A stretch of 64,000 nt of DNA from the NCBI GenBank assembly GCA_041582995.1, contig JBFHGS010000003.1:1318-65317 (forward strand), written 5' to 3'. Under the pieces are notes generated by a model. It had not been told where the DNA came from, ran no database searches, and saw only the letters and a program-made list of their open reading frames with translations. How positions within the stretch are numbered: the stretch's first letter is position 1; the number at the start of each line of letters is the position of its first letter. Of this stretch, positions 50,241 through 60,555 are shown piece by piece. Made by a program: the position numbers and the translations under genes. This DNA is from Desulfopila sp. (GTDB lineage Bacteria > Desulfobacterota > Desulfobulbia > Desulfobulbales > Desulfocapsaceae).

Positions 50241-50525
50241 AAATACAAAACCCCAAACCGACGCATGTCAGCCCGGGGATTTACCGTCTCTCCGAGAGAA
50301 ATAAGCTTGACTGGCAGATATTCTGACTCGTGAGTCACCCTCGGCCGCGCCTTCCCATTCTGTTTCGTAGGAGTGTCATTACAGAACAGTGGCTTTCTAT
50401 GCGGCGTCGTCATCACTTACAGCGGCGGGTCCGTTCCGGAGTCACACCGGATTCCCTGCAGGGTCATCTGCCTTTTTGGCATGATCACCCGGATCCTTGT
50501 TAAGGATCACCAGCTAGCCTCAGCT
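50241..50525 (-). promoter_or_regulatory. cobalamin (B12) riboswitch with terminator-type expression platform, in the 5' leader of the SSF transporter
   Basis: Minus strand reads ...AGGGAATCCGGTGTGACTCCGGAACGGACCCGCCGCTGTAA...GCCACTG...TGGGAAGGC...AGTCAGAATATCTGCC (B12 box). This is followed by hairpin CCCCGGGCTGAC-atgc-GTCGGTTTGGGG + TTTTGTATTT (50278..50241). Confidence 0.88.
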
Positions 50526-50931
50526 AGAATGTAGACCGGATGATCGTTTAACATCCGGCATCTTCTTCATTTATTGTAAATCCACTGCCCTGTCAAGCTC
50601 CATCTGAAGGTGATAACATGAACTTCACATCATCCCAACAGACTGATTCGATATGACTTTTGAACTCATTGCACACTTCGCGGCACAACAGTTCTTCTAT
50701 TGTGTAGTATTCAGACTCAAATGCGTTTCTCATGCAAACTCACATACACCGTCACACATATACGTATTTACGTATTTACATATTTACACATGAGCTTCTA
50801 TACTATTTTACGCCTTTACTTGCATATTCATATACGTACTGAAATGCCTGTTTCCATCCGGAAAAAATATCAGACTTAAAAGATCCAGGCGTGTGGTTAC
50901 TTTTGACGAAGACACATATATGATTCAGATT

Positions 50932-51104
50932 CCACCTCTTTTTCAACAATTATGATGAGGTGTTAACTGTTAGGTGCGAGGAGCGCACAAGGATTCATGT
51001 TGCAATCATTCAATAATAAAGTGAATGCTGTATTGTATTGAGTTGCCTGCGTTGAAGGCTGTTCACGCCTCATCTCATCAAGCTGAAACTAAGAGGTGAT
51101 CATG
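50932..51104 (+). repeat. dispersed element family, copy E (short form, lacks the 21-nt pyrimidine-rich block)
   Basis: CCACCTCTTTTTCAacaattaTGATGAGGTGTTAAC-95 nt core-GAAGGCTGTTCACGCCTCATCTCATCAAGCTGAAACTAAGAGGTGATCATG. Confidence 0.7.
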
Positions 51105-51148
51105 TAATTGATATCCCTTTATGATTAAGCTGAAACTACCTCAGAATT

Positions 51149-51874
51149 TTAGCTACTCGCAAAAGGATGAACAATAGATTCCTGCTTCAACATATGGCGA
51201 ATCTCTCTCCATGTGGGAAGAAATACATCCATAAAATTCCAGAAACGTCTATTGTGATAACGTTCCAGCAGATGTACAAGCTCATGAACCAACACATACT
51301 CAAGGCATTCTGGAGACATCTTTGCCAGTTCAAGATTCAGCCATATACGTTTTTGCGTAATGTTACAGGTCCCCCATCTGGTCCTCATTCTTTTAATACG
51401 CCATTCAGAAACCTCAACTCCGACAACCTGCTCCCAATGACGAAGTAAACCTGGAATTCTTTCGCTCAACTGCTCACGATACCAATCATTCAAAATAGCA
51501 TATTTTTTTTCTACTGGAGCATCAGCCTGAACGAGCAAAACAAGAGTTGTATCATCCTGTACATAGGCTCCACTCCAACGATCCCTGCAAATAACCCGCA
51601 AAGCGAGCTTCTTTCCGAAGAGAAAATGCTCCTCGCCGGAAACGAATTTTTTATCAGGCAGCTGAGGTTTTCCAAGCAAAAGCGCTTTTTTCTGCCTGAT
51701 CCATGGCAAACGGGCGATTATCGCTGAACGAATATGCACCTCGCTTAACTGCATGGGAACCGACACCCTAACTCTTCCATCCGGAGGATATATTGCCAGG
51801 TTAATATTCTTAATGGCTTTACGCTCAACAACAATTTCGAGATCATCAACAATAAGTAAACTGGAGATTTTCAT
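51149..51874 (-). CDS. YgjP-like (DUF45 / M48-type) zinc metallohydrolase
   Basis: HELVHLLERYHNRRFW (HExxH...H) near the C-terminus. WGTCN motif. 241 aa. Confidence 0.8.
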   Translation of the reverse strand: MKISSLLIVDDLEIVVERKAIKNINLAIYPPDGRVRVSVPMQLSEVHIRSAIIARLPWIRQKKALLLGKPQLPDKKFVSGEEHFLFGKKLALRVICRDRWSGAYVQDDTTLVLLVQADAPVEKKYAILNDWYREQLSERIPGLLRHWEQVVGVEVSEWRIKRMRTRWGTCNITQKRIWLNLELAKMSPECLEYVLVHELVHLLERYHNRRFWNFMDVFLPTWREIRHMLKQESIVHPFASS

Positions 51875-52055
51875 AATTATTATGCGCCACCTAAATCAAT
51901 CGTTCCCTGAGTTTTCAGTTTCATGCTCTATTCTTATATCTTGGTTTGGTAATACAATTCAATTATTGTTACAACTTGTAGCTCCTGACCGCTCTAAGCT
52001 AAAACCTCAACATTCTCTATCTAGTTACTCGACCAACTACTGATTACATTGCCAT

Positions 52056-52685
52056 ATGAAGTGTTATTTTAATGGGTTACCACTCATTATCCTTGGCATT
52101 CTGTCGCTCACAAGTTGCGCGACTCTCAGCAAAAATGAATGTCTTACCGCTAACTGGGCAAGCATTGGGTATGAAGACGGGGTGCAGGGACAGGCACAAG
52201 ATCGTATAGGTTCTCATCTTCGGGCCTGTGCAGATCATGGAATAAACCCAAACCTTCAAGAATACCAGCAGGGATACAATCAAGGACTGGAAATTTTCTG
52301 CACCCCGCAGAATGGATATATAAAAGGCAAGAGCGGTTACACGTATGCTGGAGCATGCACGGAAAGTCGCACATCAGGTTTTCTTCTGGGATATGAGGCC
52401 GGGAGAGAAGTATACCTTGCCAACGCTGAATTGAGCAGACTGCGACGAGATTTACAGGCTGTTGAAAACAGGATACGCCATCTTAAAAACGAAATATACC
52501 GGAAAGAACGATTTCTTTTTTCTGATTCTGTCTCAAAAAGCGTGCGCAGAAATATCTATTATGAAATAGCCGACCTGAAAATGGAACAAGAAGATCTTCT
52601 TATGCAAAGAAAAGCATATATTAATGACAGGTATGATGCTGAAGAAAATCTTGAATACCTTAAAGGCAGATATCCGAACTATTGA
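52056..52685 (+). CDS. DUF2799-like lipoprotein with C-terminal coiled coil
   Basis: Lipobox LSLTSC. C..ANW..IGYEDG..G and repeated Cys/Gly pattern of DUF2799. Confidence 0.55.
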   Translation: MKCYFNGLPLIILGILSLTSCATLSKNECLTANWASIGYEDGVQGQAQDRIGSHLRACADHGINPNLQEYQQGYNQGLEIFCTPQNGYIKGKSGYTYAGACTESRTSGFLLGYEAGREVYLANAELSRLRRDLQAVENRIRHLKNEIYRKERFLFSDSVSKSVRRNIYYEIADLKMEQEDLLMQRKAYINDRYDAEENLEYLKGRYPNY

Positions 52686-52804
52686 TCACACAAATAGTTC
52701 AAAGGGAATGAACCCATGCAGTGCTTCGCCCTGCTGCTTTTCTCCTGCAGCAGGGCGAAGCGTGACACACTCCAGTCCATCTGGTAAATTGTATGAACAG
52801 AACC

Positions 52805-53977
52805 TTACAGAGCGGCTTTCAAAATCAGTCTGCAAATTTCAGGTGTAACATCCCCACTTTCAGAGAGCGCAGTCATACCATGTTTTTCCAGCGAGGCTAC
52901 AACTCTATCAATGTCCTTGTCACCAAGATCATGATCTGAAAGCCTCGTCTTTACTCCCAGACTATGGAAGAATTCCTCTGTCCTGGCGATAGCCTTATCA
53001 ATTCTTTCATCTTCACTGCCGTCAGCAATTCCCCAGACGCGTTCACCAAATTGCAGCAGTTTTGTACGCTTCTGCTCTTTTCGCACTTTCCATACTGCCG
53101 GTAATACTACAGCAAGAGTTCTTGCGTGATCAATGCCGAAGAGTGCCGTCATTTCATGCCCCATCATATGAGTAGACCAGTCCTGGGGTACACCCATACC
53201 GATAAGCCCATTCAGTGCTAGAGTAGCAGACCATACAAGATTTGCACGCGCATCGTAATCTTCTGGATTCTCAAGTGTTTTCTGACCAATTTCTATAAGA
53301 GTCTGCAGAATACCTTCGGCCATTCTGTCTTGCACTCTTCCTTCCACACCATAGGTCACGTACTGTTCGCACACATGGATAAAGGTGTCGACCACACCAT
53401 TTGCAACCTGCCTTGAGGGCAGTGTGTATGTAAGTACAGGATCGAGAATAGAAAATTTTGGAAAGGCAAGAACACTGTTCACAGGCAGCTTATCCTCACC
53501 ATTACTTATTACCGCAAAAGTATTGGCCTCAGACCCCGTAGCCGGCAAGGTCACAACTGTGCCGATCGGTACTGCACTCTTTACCGGGACGGGCATAAAG
53601 CCAAATTTAAGCAGCTCCTCCTCTTTACCGACAAACTCTTCTGCAAAGGAGGCAAGGGCCACAAATTTAGTGCCATCCATTACAGACCCACCACCGACAG
53701 CAAGAAGAAAATCAACCTTTTCCTTGCGTACCAGTTCTACTGCACCCATCAGAATCGAAAATTCCGGATTTGCACCAATACCACCAAACTCAAAAACTGT
53801 GCGTGACGATTTTGCCAGTTCCTTCTGTACTGTGGCTAACACCCCTGTTTTCCGGGCACTGCCACCGCCATAGGTGATGAGTACTCTGGCGTTTTTAGGC
53901 ACAAGATTATCAAGTTCCTGCAACTGGTCTTTACCAAAAACAATGTTGGTCGGATTATAAAAACTGAAATTCAACAT
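52805..53977 (-). CDS. yqhD: NADPH-dependent iron-type alcohol/aldehyde reductase
   Basis: Near full-length similarity to E. coli YqhD recalled from memory (ARVLITYGGGS..KTGVL, LPATGSE, LP.RQVANGVVD.F.H..EQYVT, VPQDW.TH..GHE.TA, ERVW.I..GS.DERID.AI). Confidence 0.88.
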   Translation of the reverse strand: MLNFSFYNPTNIVFGKDQLQELDNLVPKNARVLITYGGGSARKTGVLATVQKELAKSSRTVFEFGGIGANPEFSILMGAVELVRKEKVDFLLAVGGGSVMDGTKFVALASFAEEFVGKEEELLKFGFMPVPVKSAVPIGTVVTLPATGSEANTFAVISNGEDKLPVNSVLAFPKFSILDPVLTYTLPSRQVANGVVDTFIHVCEQYVTYGVEGRVQDRMAEGILQTLIEIGQKTLENPEDYDARANLVWSATLALNGLIGMGVPQDWSTHMMGHEMTALFGIDHARTLAVVLPAVWKVRKEQKRTKLLQFGERVWGIADGSEDERIDKAIARTEEFFHSLGVKTRLSDHDLGDKDIDRVVASLEKHGMTALSESGDVTPEICRLILKAAL

Positions 53978-54201
53978 ACAATTCTCCTTTCATACACGTA
54001 ATGCATGAGGTTCTATAGTGAAGCGTTCCATAACGGAGTGCTGCGTTCAGACTGCATGCTAATTTAAGGCAGACTGTATGAATGAAAAGACACATTACTG
54101 CTGATCTTATGCCTATTCCTACTTTCTTGCATAAATAATGTTATATTCCAAGACAACCTGATTATGATAAACGGGATGAACATTTTTACCAGGAGATCAC
54201 A

Positions 54202-55089
54202 ATGACAAATATAGCATCACTTATGAATGCACTGGCAAAACAGGATGGTTTCAACACTACCCTGCTTGCCGGTATAGGCATTTATAAAGCATCACAACCA
54301 CGCCCGCGGGAACCACTCTGCTATGAACAGGGGGTAATAATTGTTGGTCAGGGTTCAAAGCGCGTATTCCTGGGCAATACTGTATATGAATACAATCCGG
54401 ATAATTATCTGGTTCTTTCTGTTCCTATACCAGCAGAATGCGAAACAAAGGCAGCCGAGAATGAGCCAATGCTGGCCATGACGGTGGATATCGATATCGG
54501 TCTCCTGAATCGAATTATCGCTGAAATGGATAACCATATCAACCATGAGATGCTGGCAAAGCATGATAAACACAAAGGTCTTTTTCTGGCCTCAACAACC
54601 CCTGAGATCAAAGACACTGTCCATAGACTCCTTATGGTATTGCAATCCCCTCTTGACTGCAGCGTGATCGGACCCGGCATTGTACACGAACTCTTATACA
54701 GGATAATGTGCGGCGAAAATGCATCTTCCCTGTATGCACTTGCCATGAAAAATACCAACATTGCACGAGTCGACAAAGCACTGAAACTGATCCACTCGAG
54801 CTATCGCGAATCTATGGATGTCGACCGCCTTGCAGCTCTTGTGAACATGAGCCCATCAGCATTTCACCGCGCATTCAAAGATGTCACCTCATCCTCACCA
54901 ATCCAATATGTAAAAAAAATACGCCTCAGCAAAGCCAAAGCACTACTGATAGAAGAAGGGGCGCGGGTAAACGAGGCTGCTACTGAAGTGGGCTATGAAA
55001 GTGCAGCACAATTCAGCAGAGAATTCAAGCGATACTTCGGAACAAGTCCGGTTGAGTACATTAATGTAAACCGTTTGGCTCAAATGTGA
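54202..55089 (+). CDS. yqhC: AraC-family transcriptional regulator with AraC_N-type sensor domain (YqhC-like), divergent from yqhD
   Basis: C-terminal double HTH (SPSAFHRAFKDVTSSSPIQYVKKIRL...; GYESAAQFSREFKRYFGTSP). Divergent arrangement as in E. coli yqhC-yqhD. Confidence 0.75.
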   Translation: MTNIASLMNALAKQDGFNTTLLAGIGIYKASQPRPREPLCYEQGVIIVGQGSKRVFLGNTVYEYNPDNYLVLSVPIPAECETKAAENEPMLAMTVDIDIGLLNRIIAEMDNHINHEMLAKHDKHKGLFLASTTPEIKDTVHRLLMVLQSPLDCSVIGPGIVHELLYRIMCGENASSLYALAMKNTNIARVDKALKLIHSSYRESMDVDRLAALVNMSPSAFHRAFKDVTSSSPIQYVKKIRLSKAKALLIEEGARVNEAATEVGYESAAQFSREFKRYFGTSPVEYINVNRLAQM

Positions 55090-55101
55090 GGGGGGGACAA
55101 A

Positions 55102-58100
55102 CTACTGCCGTTTATCAAGAACATCCCGAATCATGGATGTCAGATCTCCGATCGAAAAGGGTTTCTGGATGAAGTTTATCCCTTCATCTAAGACACCGTT
55201 ATGGACTATGACATTTGCAGTGTATCCGGACATGAATAAAACTTTCATATCGGGATGTCGTGTCTGAATCTGGTACGCCAGTTCTTTACCGTTCATTTCT
55301 GGCAAAACTACATCAGTCAGGAGCAAATCGATATTCTCTGAATATCTTTCTACCATTTCCAGACATTGTCGCGGCGAGCTTGCCACAAGAAGACTATACC
55401 CAAGCTTTTCAAGTATTTCCTTAGTCATTTCAAGGATTCCCGATTCATCTTCTACCAGCAGTATAATCTCCCCCCGCCCTTCGACGGGCAGTTGTTCCAC
55501 TTGATCCATTAAGACTACAGGATCCTCGTTGCAAACCGGAAAGTACAGCTTGAACGTGGTTCCCACATTGGGCTCACTATAAACATTGATAAAGCCTGAG
55601 TTTTGCTTAACAATTCCATATACTGTTGATAATCCGAGCCCGGTACCCAGACCTAAGCCTTTCGTTGAATAAAATGGTTCAAAAATCTTTTCAGCTGTTT
55701 CCTTATTAAAACCTATACCGTTATCACTCACTGACATCTGCACAAAAGTTCCTGGTATAAAACCAACATGAGCTGCACAATAAGCATTATCAAACGTAAC
55801 CATCGCCGTTTCTATAGTAATTCTGCCTGAATGCGTCGCTATAGCATCTTTAGCATTTACACAAAGGTTTGCCAGAATCTGGTCAACCTGAGTTGGATCA
55901 ATTTTAATCCGCCGCAGCTCCTGACCTGGAACCCAAAGCAGATCAATATCTTCTCCAATCAGTCGATTGAGTATTTTCAGCATTCCCTCTATTGATTGAT
56001 TGAGACTGATAACCTTGGGAGCGATTGGTTGTTGACGTGAAAACGCTAAAAGTTGACGAATGAGATTTGCAGAACGCCCGGCAGCATCGCGTATTTTCTT
56101 CAAATTACCATACAAAGGCTTGTCTGAGTCTGTTTCCTCAATCGCAAGTTCTGTATACCCAATAATAACGCTGAGAATATTGTTGAAATCGTGAGCAACA
56201 CCACCAGTAAGACGGCCTACAGCTTCCATCTTCTGGGCCTGGAAAAATTGCGCCTCAAGTGATAATTGTTGACTAATATCCCGTTTTACTGACACAAAAT
56301 TGACAAGACTACCTTCAGAATCACACACAGGTGAAATGGTGACCTCTTCTGTAAACAACTCACCATTCTTCCGCTTATTTACCATTCGCCCCTGAAAGGT
56401 CTTACCTGCAGTAATTGTTTGCCATAATGACTGGTAAAAGGCGTCGTCCTGTTCACCACTTTTAAGGATTCGCGGATTTTGGCCTATCAACTCAGCAAGA
56501 GCATACCCAGTGACCTTCTCAAAAGCAGGGTTAACATACTGGATAAAGCCCTTGGGGTCAGTAATCACTATGGCATCACTTGTTTGCTCAATAGCGGCAA
56601 CTAACTTATCACGTTCTGCCTCAGTCTCTAACCGTCGAGAGATGTCTCTCATTATGCCAAGATTGCCAATCCATTTATTATTCTGGTCATGAAGCCTGAC
56701 ACCGAGGGTCTCCCCTTGAAATTCTTTACCTGACTTATGTCTGTAAGAAGTAATATATCGTTTATCAATGCGCTCGGAGTCCTGATTAAAAACAGTTTTA
56801 CCCATCGTCTGAAAGGCCTCAAAATCAGCATAGAGCTGCTGGGTCGTTCCACCGAGTAAGTCTTCCGGAACATATCCAAACGTGTATTCCATCCCCTTGT
56901 TAGCCAGGATGATATTTCTATTGATATCAGTAATGACAACACCGTCGGTAATTGCATTGAACATTGACTCAAATAAAAGTTTTTGTTCGACAATCTTCTG
57001 TTTGCTTTCCCGTAAGTTCTTTGCTGCTTCTTCACGCTCTGTAATGTCATGTATCAACGAGAGCATCATATTTCTGCCGTCAATGCTTATGACTTCAGCA
57101 AACCAATGAGCGAAACGGATTTGACCCCCTTTTGTCCGAAATCTCACAGGTTTCTCTTTGAAAGATTTTTTTAGGCGCAGCACGGCAATCATTTCATCCC
57201 GCACTTCGCTATCTCCCCATAAACCTATTTGCACAGATGTCTTACCGATGATTTCTTCCCGTGAATATCCGAGCATATCCAGCCACTTTTGATTAACATC
57301 GATAAATAGACCGGAATCTATTTCAGATATTGTCATTGGTGCAGGATTAGACTGAAATGCTTTGGCAAAACGTTCTTCACTTTCCCGATAGATACGCTCC
57401 GATTCTATGTTTTGGGTTATATCTGTGGCAACGTGTACCAGATACCCTTCCCCTTCACGTTCTGACAGGATATGGGACGAACTCACCCGAAACGTCGTAT
57501 CAAGACGCTCATGATGGATAACAGCGGAATGCGAACGACCATGCTTCACGGTATCCAGTAACGGACAACCAGGGCATGGTTCTGATTGCCCGGTAAATAT
57601 CTCGTAGCAATTTCTCCCTGTAAGCTCACCATTATTGACCTTAAAAAAACGATGAGCCGCTTTGTTCGCTCTTATAATAGTAAGGTCATTATCCTGAATC
57701 GTAACAATATCAGGTATGGCATCAAAGGTGCGGGACCAAATGTCACTGCTTCGATATTGCACAGCCTCCCGTTTCCGGCGTTCAGTTACATCATGGAGGA
57801 TGCAGTCTGTATGGCGGAGAACACCATTTTCATCATCTATTACTTTGCCATCCAGGATGACGAAAAGTGAATCTCTATCTTTATTCTGTAAGTGAATTTC
57901 GAGATTTGAAACAGAACTGAGATGTGTAAGATTAGCTATTTGTTCGTTAAAAAATTCTTTATCATCCCAATGGATGTATTGAGCAAAAAAAGTTCCGATA
58001 ATTTCTTGCCTGGAATACCCAAGAAGATCCATGAAAAGATGATTTGCACTCAGTATTCGACCGCTTACACTCAAAGACAAGAAGGGGAGCGGAAGTCTTT

Positions 58101-58182
58101 CATGGCATGAGCTAAATTCAGCACTAACACGGTCTCCCCCCGTCCTAACCTGATTATTTAAACAATCACCTTTCTGTCTCAT
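55102..58182 (-). CDS. hybrid sensor histidine kinase: multiple PAS domains, HisKA, HATPase_c, C-terminal receiver
   Basis: At least 4 PAS-like repeats. H-box GGVAHDFNNIL. G-boxes GIGF...GLGLGTGLGLSTVYG. Receiver ILLVEDE...LLLTDVVLPEMNG...K. Confidence 0.9.
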   Translation of the reverse strand: MRQKGDCLNNQVRTGGDRVSAEFSSCHERLPLPFLSLSVSGRILSANHLFMDLLGYSRQEIIGTFFAQYIHWDDKEFFNEQIANLTHLSSVSNLEIHLQNKDRDSLFVILDGKVIDDENGVLRHTDCILHDVTERRKREAVQYRSSDIWSRTFDAIPDIVTIQDNDLTIIRANKAAHRFFKVNNGELTGRNCYEIFTGQSEPCPGCPLLDTVKHGRSHSAVIHHERLDTTFRVSSSHILSEREGEGYLVHVATDITQNIESERIYRESEERFAKAFQSNPAPMTISEIDSGLFIDVNQKWLDMLGYSREEIIGKTSVQIGLWGDSEVRDEMIAVLRLKKSFKEKPVRFRTKGGQIRFAHWFAEVISIDGRNMMLSLIHDITEREEAAKNLRESKQKIVEQKLLFESMFNAITDGVVITDINRNIILANKGMEYTFGYVPEDLLGGTTQQLYADFEAFQTMGKTVFNQDSERIDKRYITSYRHKSGKEFQGETLGVRLHDQNNKWIGNLGIMRDISRRLETEAERDKLVAAIEQTSDAIVITDPKGFIQYVNPAFEKVTGYALAELIGQNPRILKSGEQDDAFYQSLWQTITAGKTFQGRMVNKRKNGELFTEEVTISPVCDSEGSLVNFVSVKRDISQQLSLEAQFFQAQKMEAVGRLTGGVAHDFNNILSVIIGYTELAIEETDSDKPLYGNLKKIRDAAGRSANLIRQLLAFSRQQPIAPKVISLNQSIEGMLKILNRLIGEDIDLLWVPGQELRRIKIDPTQVDQILANLCVNAKDAIATHSGRITIETAMVTFDNAYCAAHVGFIPGTFVQMSVSDNGIGFNKETAEKIFEPFYSTKGLGLGTGLGLSTVYGIVKQNSGFINVYSEPNVGTTFKLYFPVCNEDPVVLMDQVEQLPVEGRGEIILLVEDESGILEMTKEILEKLGYSLLVASSPRQCLEMVERYSENIDLLLTDVVLPEMNGKELAYQIQTRHPDMKVLFMSGYTANVIVHNGVLDEGINFIQKPFSIGDLTSMIRDVLDKRQ

Positions 58183-58377
58183 ATTTCTATATATCTTTGT
58201 ATAATATTACAGGCATAACTATTGGAAACTGACATCAGGAACACACATAGATACTGCTCATTCCTGAGTACAATGAAAAGTGCTCATTTTAGAACAAATA
58301 GAAATATTAGCCTATTGCAAATTCGACAGGACGTCAACCTGATATAATGGGCTCACATTGGGACATATAACGTCCCA

Positions 58378-60546
58378 TTAATCACACGCCATAAGATAGG
58401 TACGCAAATTTACTTTTGAGTTTTGCAGATTCAAGCGTTCACGTATGCGTTTACGATACGTTTCAACAGTTTTGACAGAGATTCCCTGCAGTTCAGCAAT
58501 CTCTTTACTTGAACGCCCCCTTTTTATAAATTCTGCAATTTGCAGCAGCGCCGGAGACAAAGAAACTGGTGCTGATGTAAGCTGTTTTGCGAAAGGAGAT
58601 AAAATATTCTCAAGGTTACTTTGCAAAACATTGAGATGAGCTTTTTGCTGAACACTCAAATTACCAGCCTTTATATTGTCTATTGAAGGTAAAACCAGTT
58701 GTTTAATATTTGCCATAATCTCCCGCTCGTGCTCCAAGGCATCATTTTCCCTGGTTTTGAGGAGAACTCTAAGTGCGGAGTTCATCTCTTCCAGCTCAGA
58801 CTGCTTTGCCATAAGCTGTTCTTCAATCAAACGTTGTGCAACGGCCACAGATATATAATCCGCGAGACGCTCTACGGTTGCAACGGACTCTGCAGGAAAC
58901 TGATCTCTTTTTCTATCGTTAAGCTGGAGTAGACCAAGAGTATTACCTCCGGCTCTCAATGGAACCAGGAGAACTGATTCGTACCCAGCTGCATTGCAAT
59001 GATTACGCAACGTACCAACCTTCCGCTTATAAGTATATTCATTCAGAAACAGAGTAGTGCTGTTGGAGTAGAAGCTTCCCTTAGGTGTGAAAAAAGGTTC
59101 TGAGTTTCCTGCACTCCCACGGATAACATGTCCACACATACATTCTAAATACGGCGATTGTCCATTACCTCGACCAGCTACAGCACGCTCCATACCATCC
59201 TGTCTCTCAAGATTCCATTCACGGAGCACAAACTCTTGAGGAAACCCGTTTGTCTTGAAATAAGGATAATCTCCACCGCGTTTAAGACGAAAAGCTATAG
59301 CATCGACCTGGGCCCATGACTTCAAAAAACACAGTATCGTCTCCAGCATGTTTTCCAAATCACTTTCAGCATTTACGATGTCTAACAATTGCAAAAGGAT
59401 GTCCTTCTCCTCCTCCAAACGTTTTTGGTCGTTGATATCCTCCATCATTGGTAAATAATAAAGTGGTTTTTTTTGTCGATCACGAACTAAACGAACAGAT
59501 AACCGTATCCATATACGTTTACCATCTTTGCCAACACAACGCCTATCTGACGTATACTGATCCTCTTGGCCTTCAAAGAGATTATGAACGTGCTTCAGGT
59601 CGATTCTCCAATCCTCATCGTAAAAAATATCGGCAAAGCCCAACCCATCAAATTCACCAGCCGAATATCCAGTGATTCGGCAAAGCTCCTGATTTACCTT
59701 TTTGAATCGCAAATCAAGCCCTACCATTGCAGCCCCGATAGGTGATTGATCGAAAGTATACCGAAAGAGTTCCTCATTATGGCTTATCGCAATTTCCGCT
59801 CTTTTCTGATCAGTAATGTCTGTAATAACGATGGCAAACTGCATTTCAGCCGGACTGAAAGCCAACACATCCAAATGACGTTTCAATACTTTACTGAACT
59901 TTTGAAAATGTATAGGTTGCCGACGAAGGGCAACCTGGCCGAATGTTACAAGCCAGAATTCTTCCAAATCCGGATAAACTTCCAGAACAGTCTTGCCTAC
60001 AATCTGGTCAGCAGCAAGATTTGTTATTCGCTCAAAAGCGGAGTTTACCTCAAGATACCTGTAATTTACTACCTGGCCGCTCGCATTACATATCACCTCA
60101 TGCAATGCGAACCCGTTCAGCATTTCCTTTACCATGGTGCGGTAACGTAATTCGCTGACCCGGAGTTTCTTCTCCATGGCATTATGTTCTGTTACATCAA
60201 TCGACACAGCATAGGACTTCATGAACTCACCATTATCATCACGCTTACAGTTCCCGGTCATGATAACATCAAAAACTTCACCGTTCTTTTTAACGAAAGA
60301 GTAGTGAATATCCTGCGCGACACCAGTCTCGTAGAATTGAGGTAGTGTTTTACGTAAGGCGAGTTCACGAGAATCTGCCGTCAAGAAGTCGACAGACATA
60401 CGACCAATGACTTCTTCTCTTCGATAACCCATCTTCGTGAGCCACATATCGCTCACATCGATAATCTCTCCGGCATCATTAATTGAATGCATCATGGCAG
60501 GAATAGATTTCAGACAGATTTTTTCCCCATCAGGACTGGTATACAT
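58378..60546 (-). CDS. PAS-PAS-PAS-GAF-LuxR(HTH) one-component transcriptional regulator
   Basis: Three PAS-like repeats, GAF-like region (VDAIAFRL...LLVPL), C-terminal LuxR/GerE HTH (SSKEIAELQGISVKTVETYRKRIRERL). Confidence 0.85.
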   Translation of the reverse strand: MYTSPDGEKICLKSIPAMMHSINDAGEIIDVSDMWLTKMGYRREEVIGRMSVDFLTADSRELALRKTLPQFYETGVAQDIHYSFVKKNGEVFDVIMTGNCKRDDNGEFMKSYAVSIDVTEHNAMEKKLRVSELRYRTMVKEMLNGFALHEVICNASGQVVNYRYLEVNSAFERITNLAADQIVGKTVLEVYPDLEEFWLVTFGQVALRRQPIHFQKFSKVLKRHLDVLAFSPAEMQFAIVITDITDQKRAEIAISHNEELFRYTFDQSPIGAAMVGLDLRFKKVNQELCRITGYSAGEFDGLGFADIFYDEDWRIDLKHVHNLFEGQEDQYTSDRRCVGKDGKRIWIRLSVRLVRDRQKKPLYYLPMMEDINDQKRLEEEKDILLQLLDIVNAESDLENMLETILCFLKSWAQVDAIAFRLKRGGDYPYFKTNGFPQEFVLREWNLERQDGMERAVAGRGNGQSPYLECMCGHVIRGSAGNSEPFFTPKGSFYSNSTTLFLNEYTYKRKVGTLRNHCNAAGYESVLLVPLRAGGNTLGLLQLNDRKRDQFPAESVATVERLADYISVAVAQRLIEEQLMAKQSELEEMNSALRVLLKTRENDALEHEREIMANIKQLVLPSIDNIKAGNLSVQQKAHLNVLQSNLENILSPFAKQLTSAPVSLSPALLQIAEFIKRGRSSKEIAELQGISVKTVETYRKRIRERLNLQNSKVNLRTYLMACD

Positions 60547-60555
60547 ATATCTGAT

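Noticed and set aside
50198-50416. 72-aa minus-strand ORF upstream of the symporter.
   Set aside because: It lies entirely within the cobalamin riboswitch aptamer and terminator. There is no SD, and the sequence is explained by RNA structure.
50955-51075. The imperfect inverted pair GATGAGGTGTTAAC / GTTCACGCCTCATC enclosing a variable segment resembles integron attC sites or MITE terminal inverted repeats.
   Set aside because: There is no integrase, no cassette array, and copies are solitary. Conserved sequence continues about 25 nt outside both arms, so the inverted repeats are not terminal. No target-site duplication was recognised by eye.
51061-51089. GTTCACGCCTCATCTCATCAAGCTGAAAC looks like a 29-nt CRISPR repeat (GTTCAC...GAAAC).
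   Set aside because: Copies are 2-17 kb apart, not separated by regular 30-40 nt spacers. Other copies carry a 21-nt insertion inside the 'repeat'. No cas genes are in the window. It is better explained as part of the dispersed element family.
55102-60546. Hybrid histidine kinase next to the PAS/GAF/LuxR regulator, considered as a possible novel signalling system.
   Set aside because: Both are common multi-PAS architectures. The regulator has no receiver domain and nothing links the two beyond adjacency. Only the element copy in the regulator's leader is reported.
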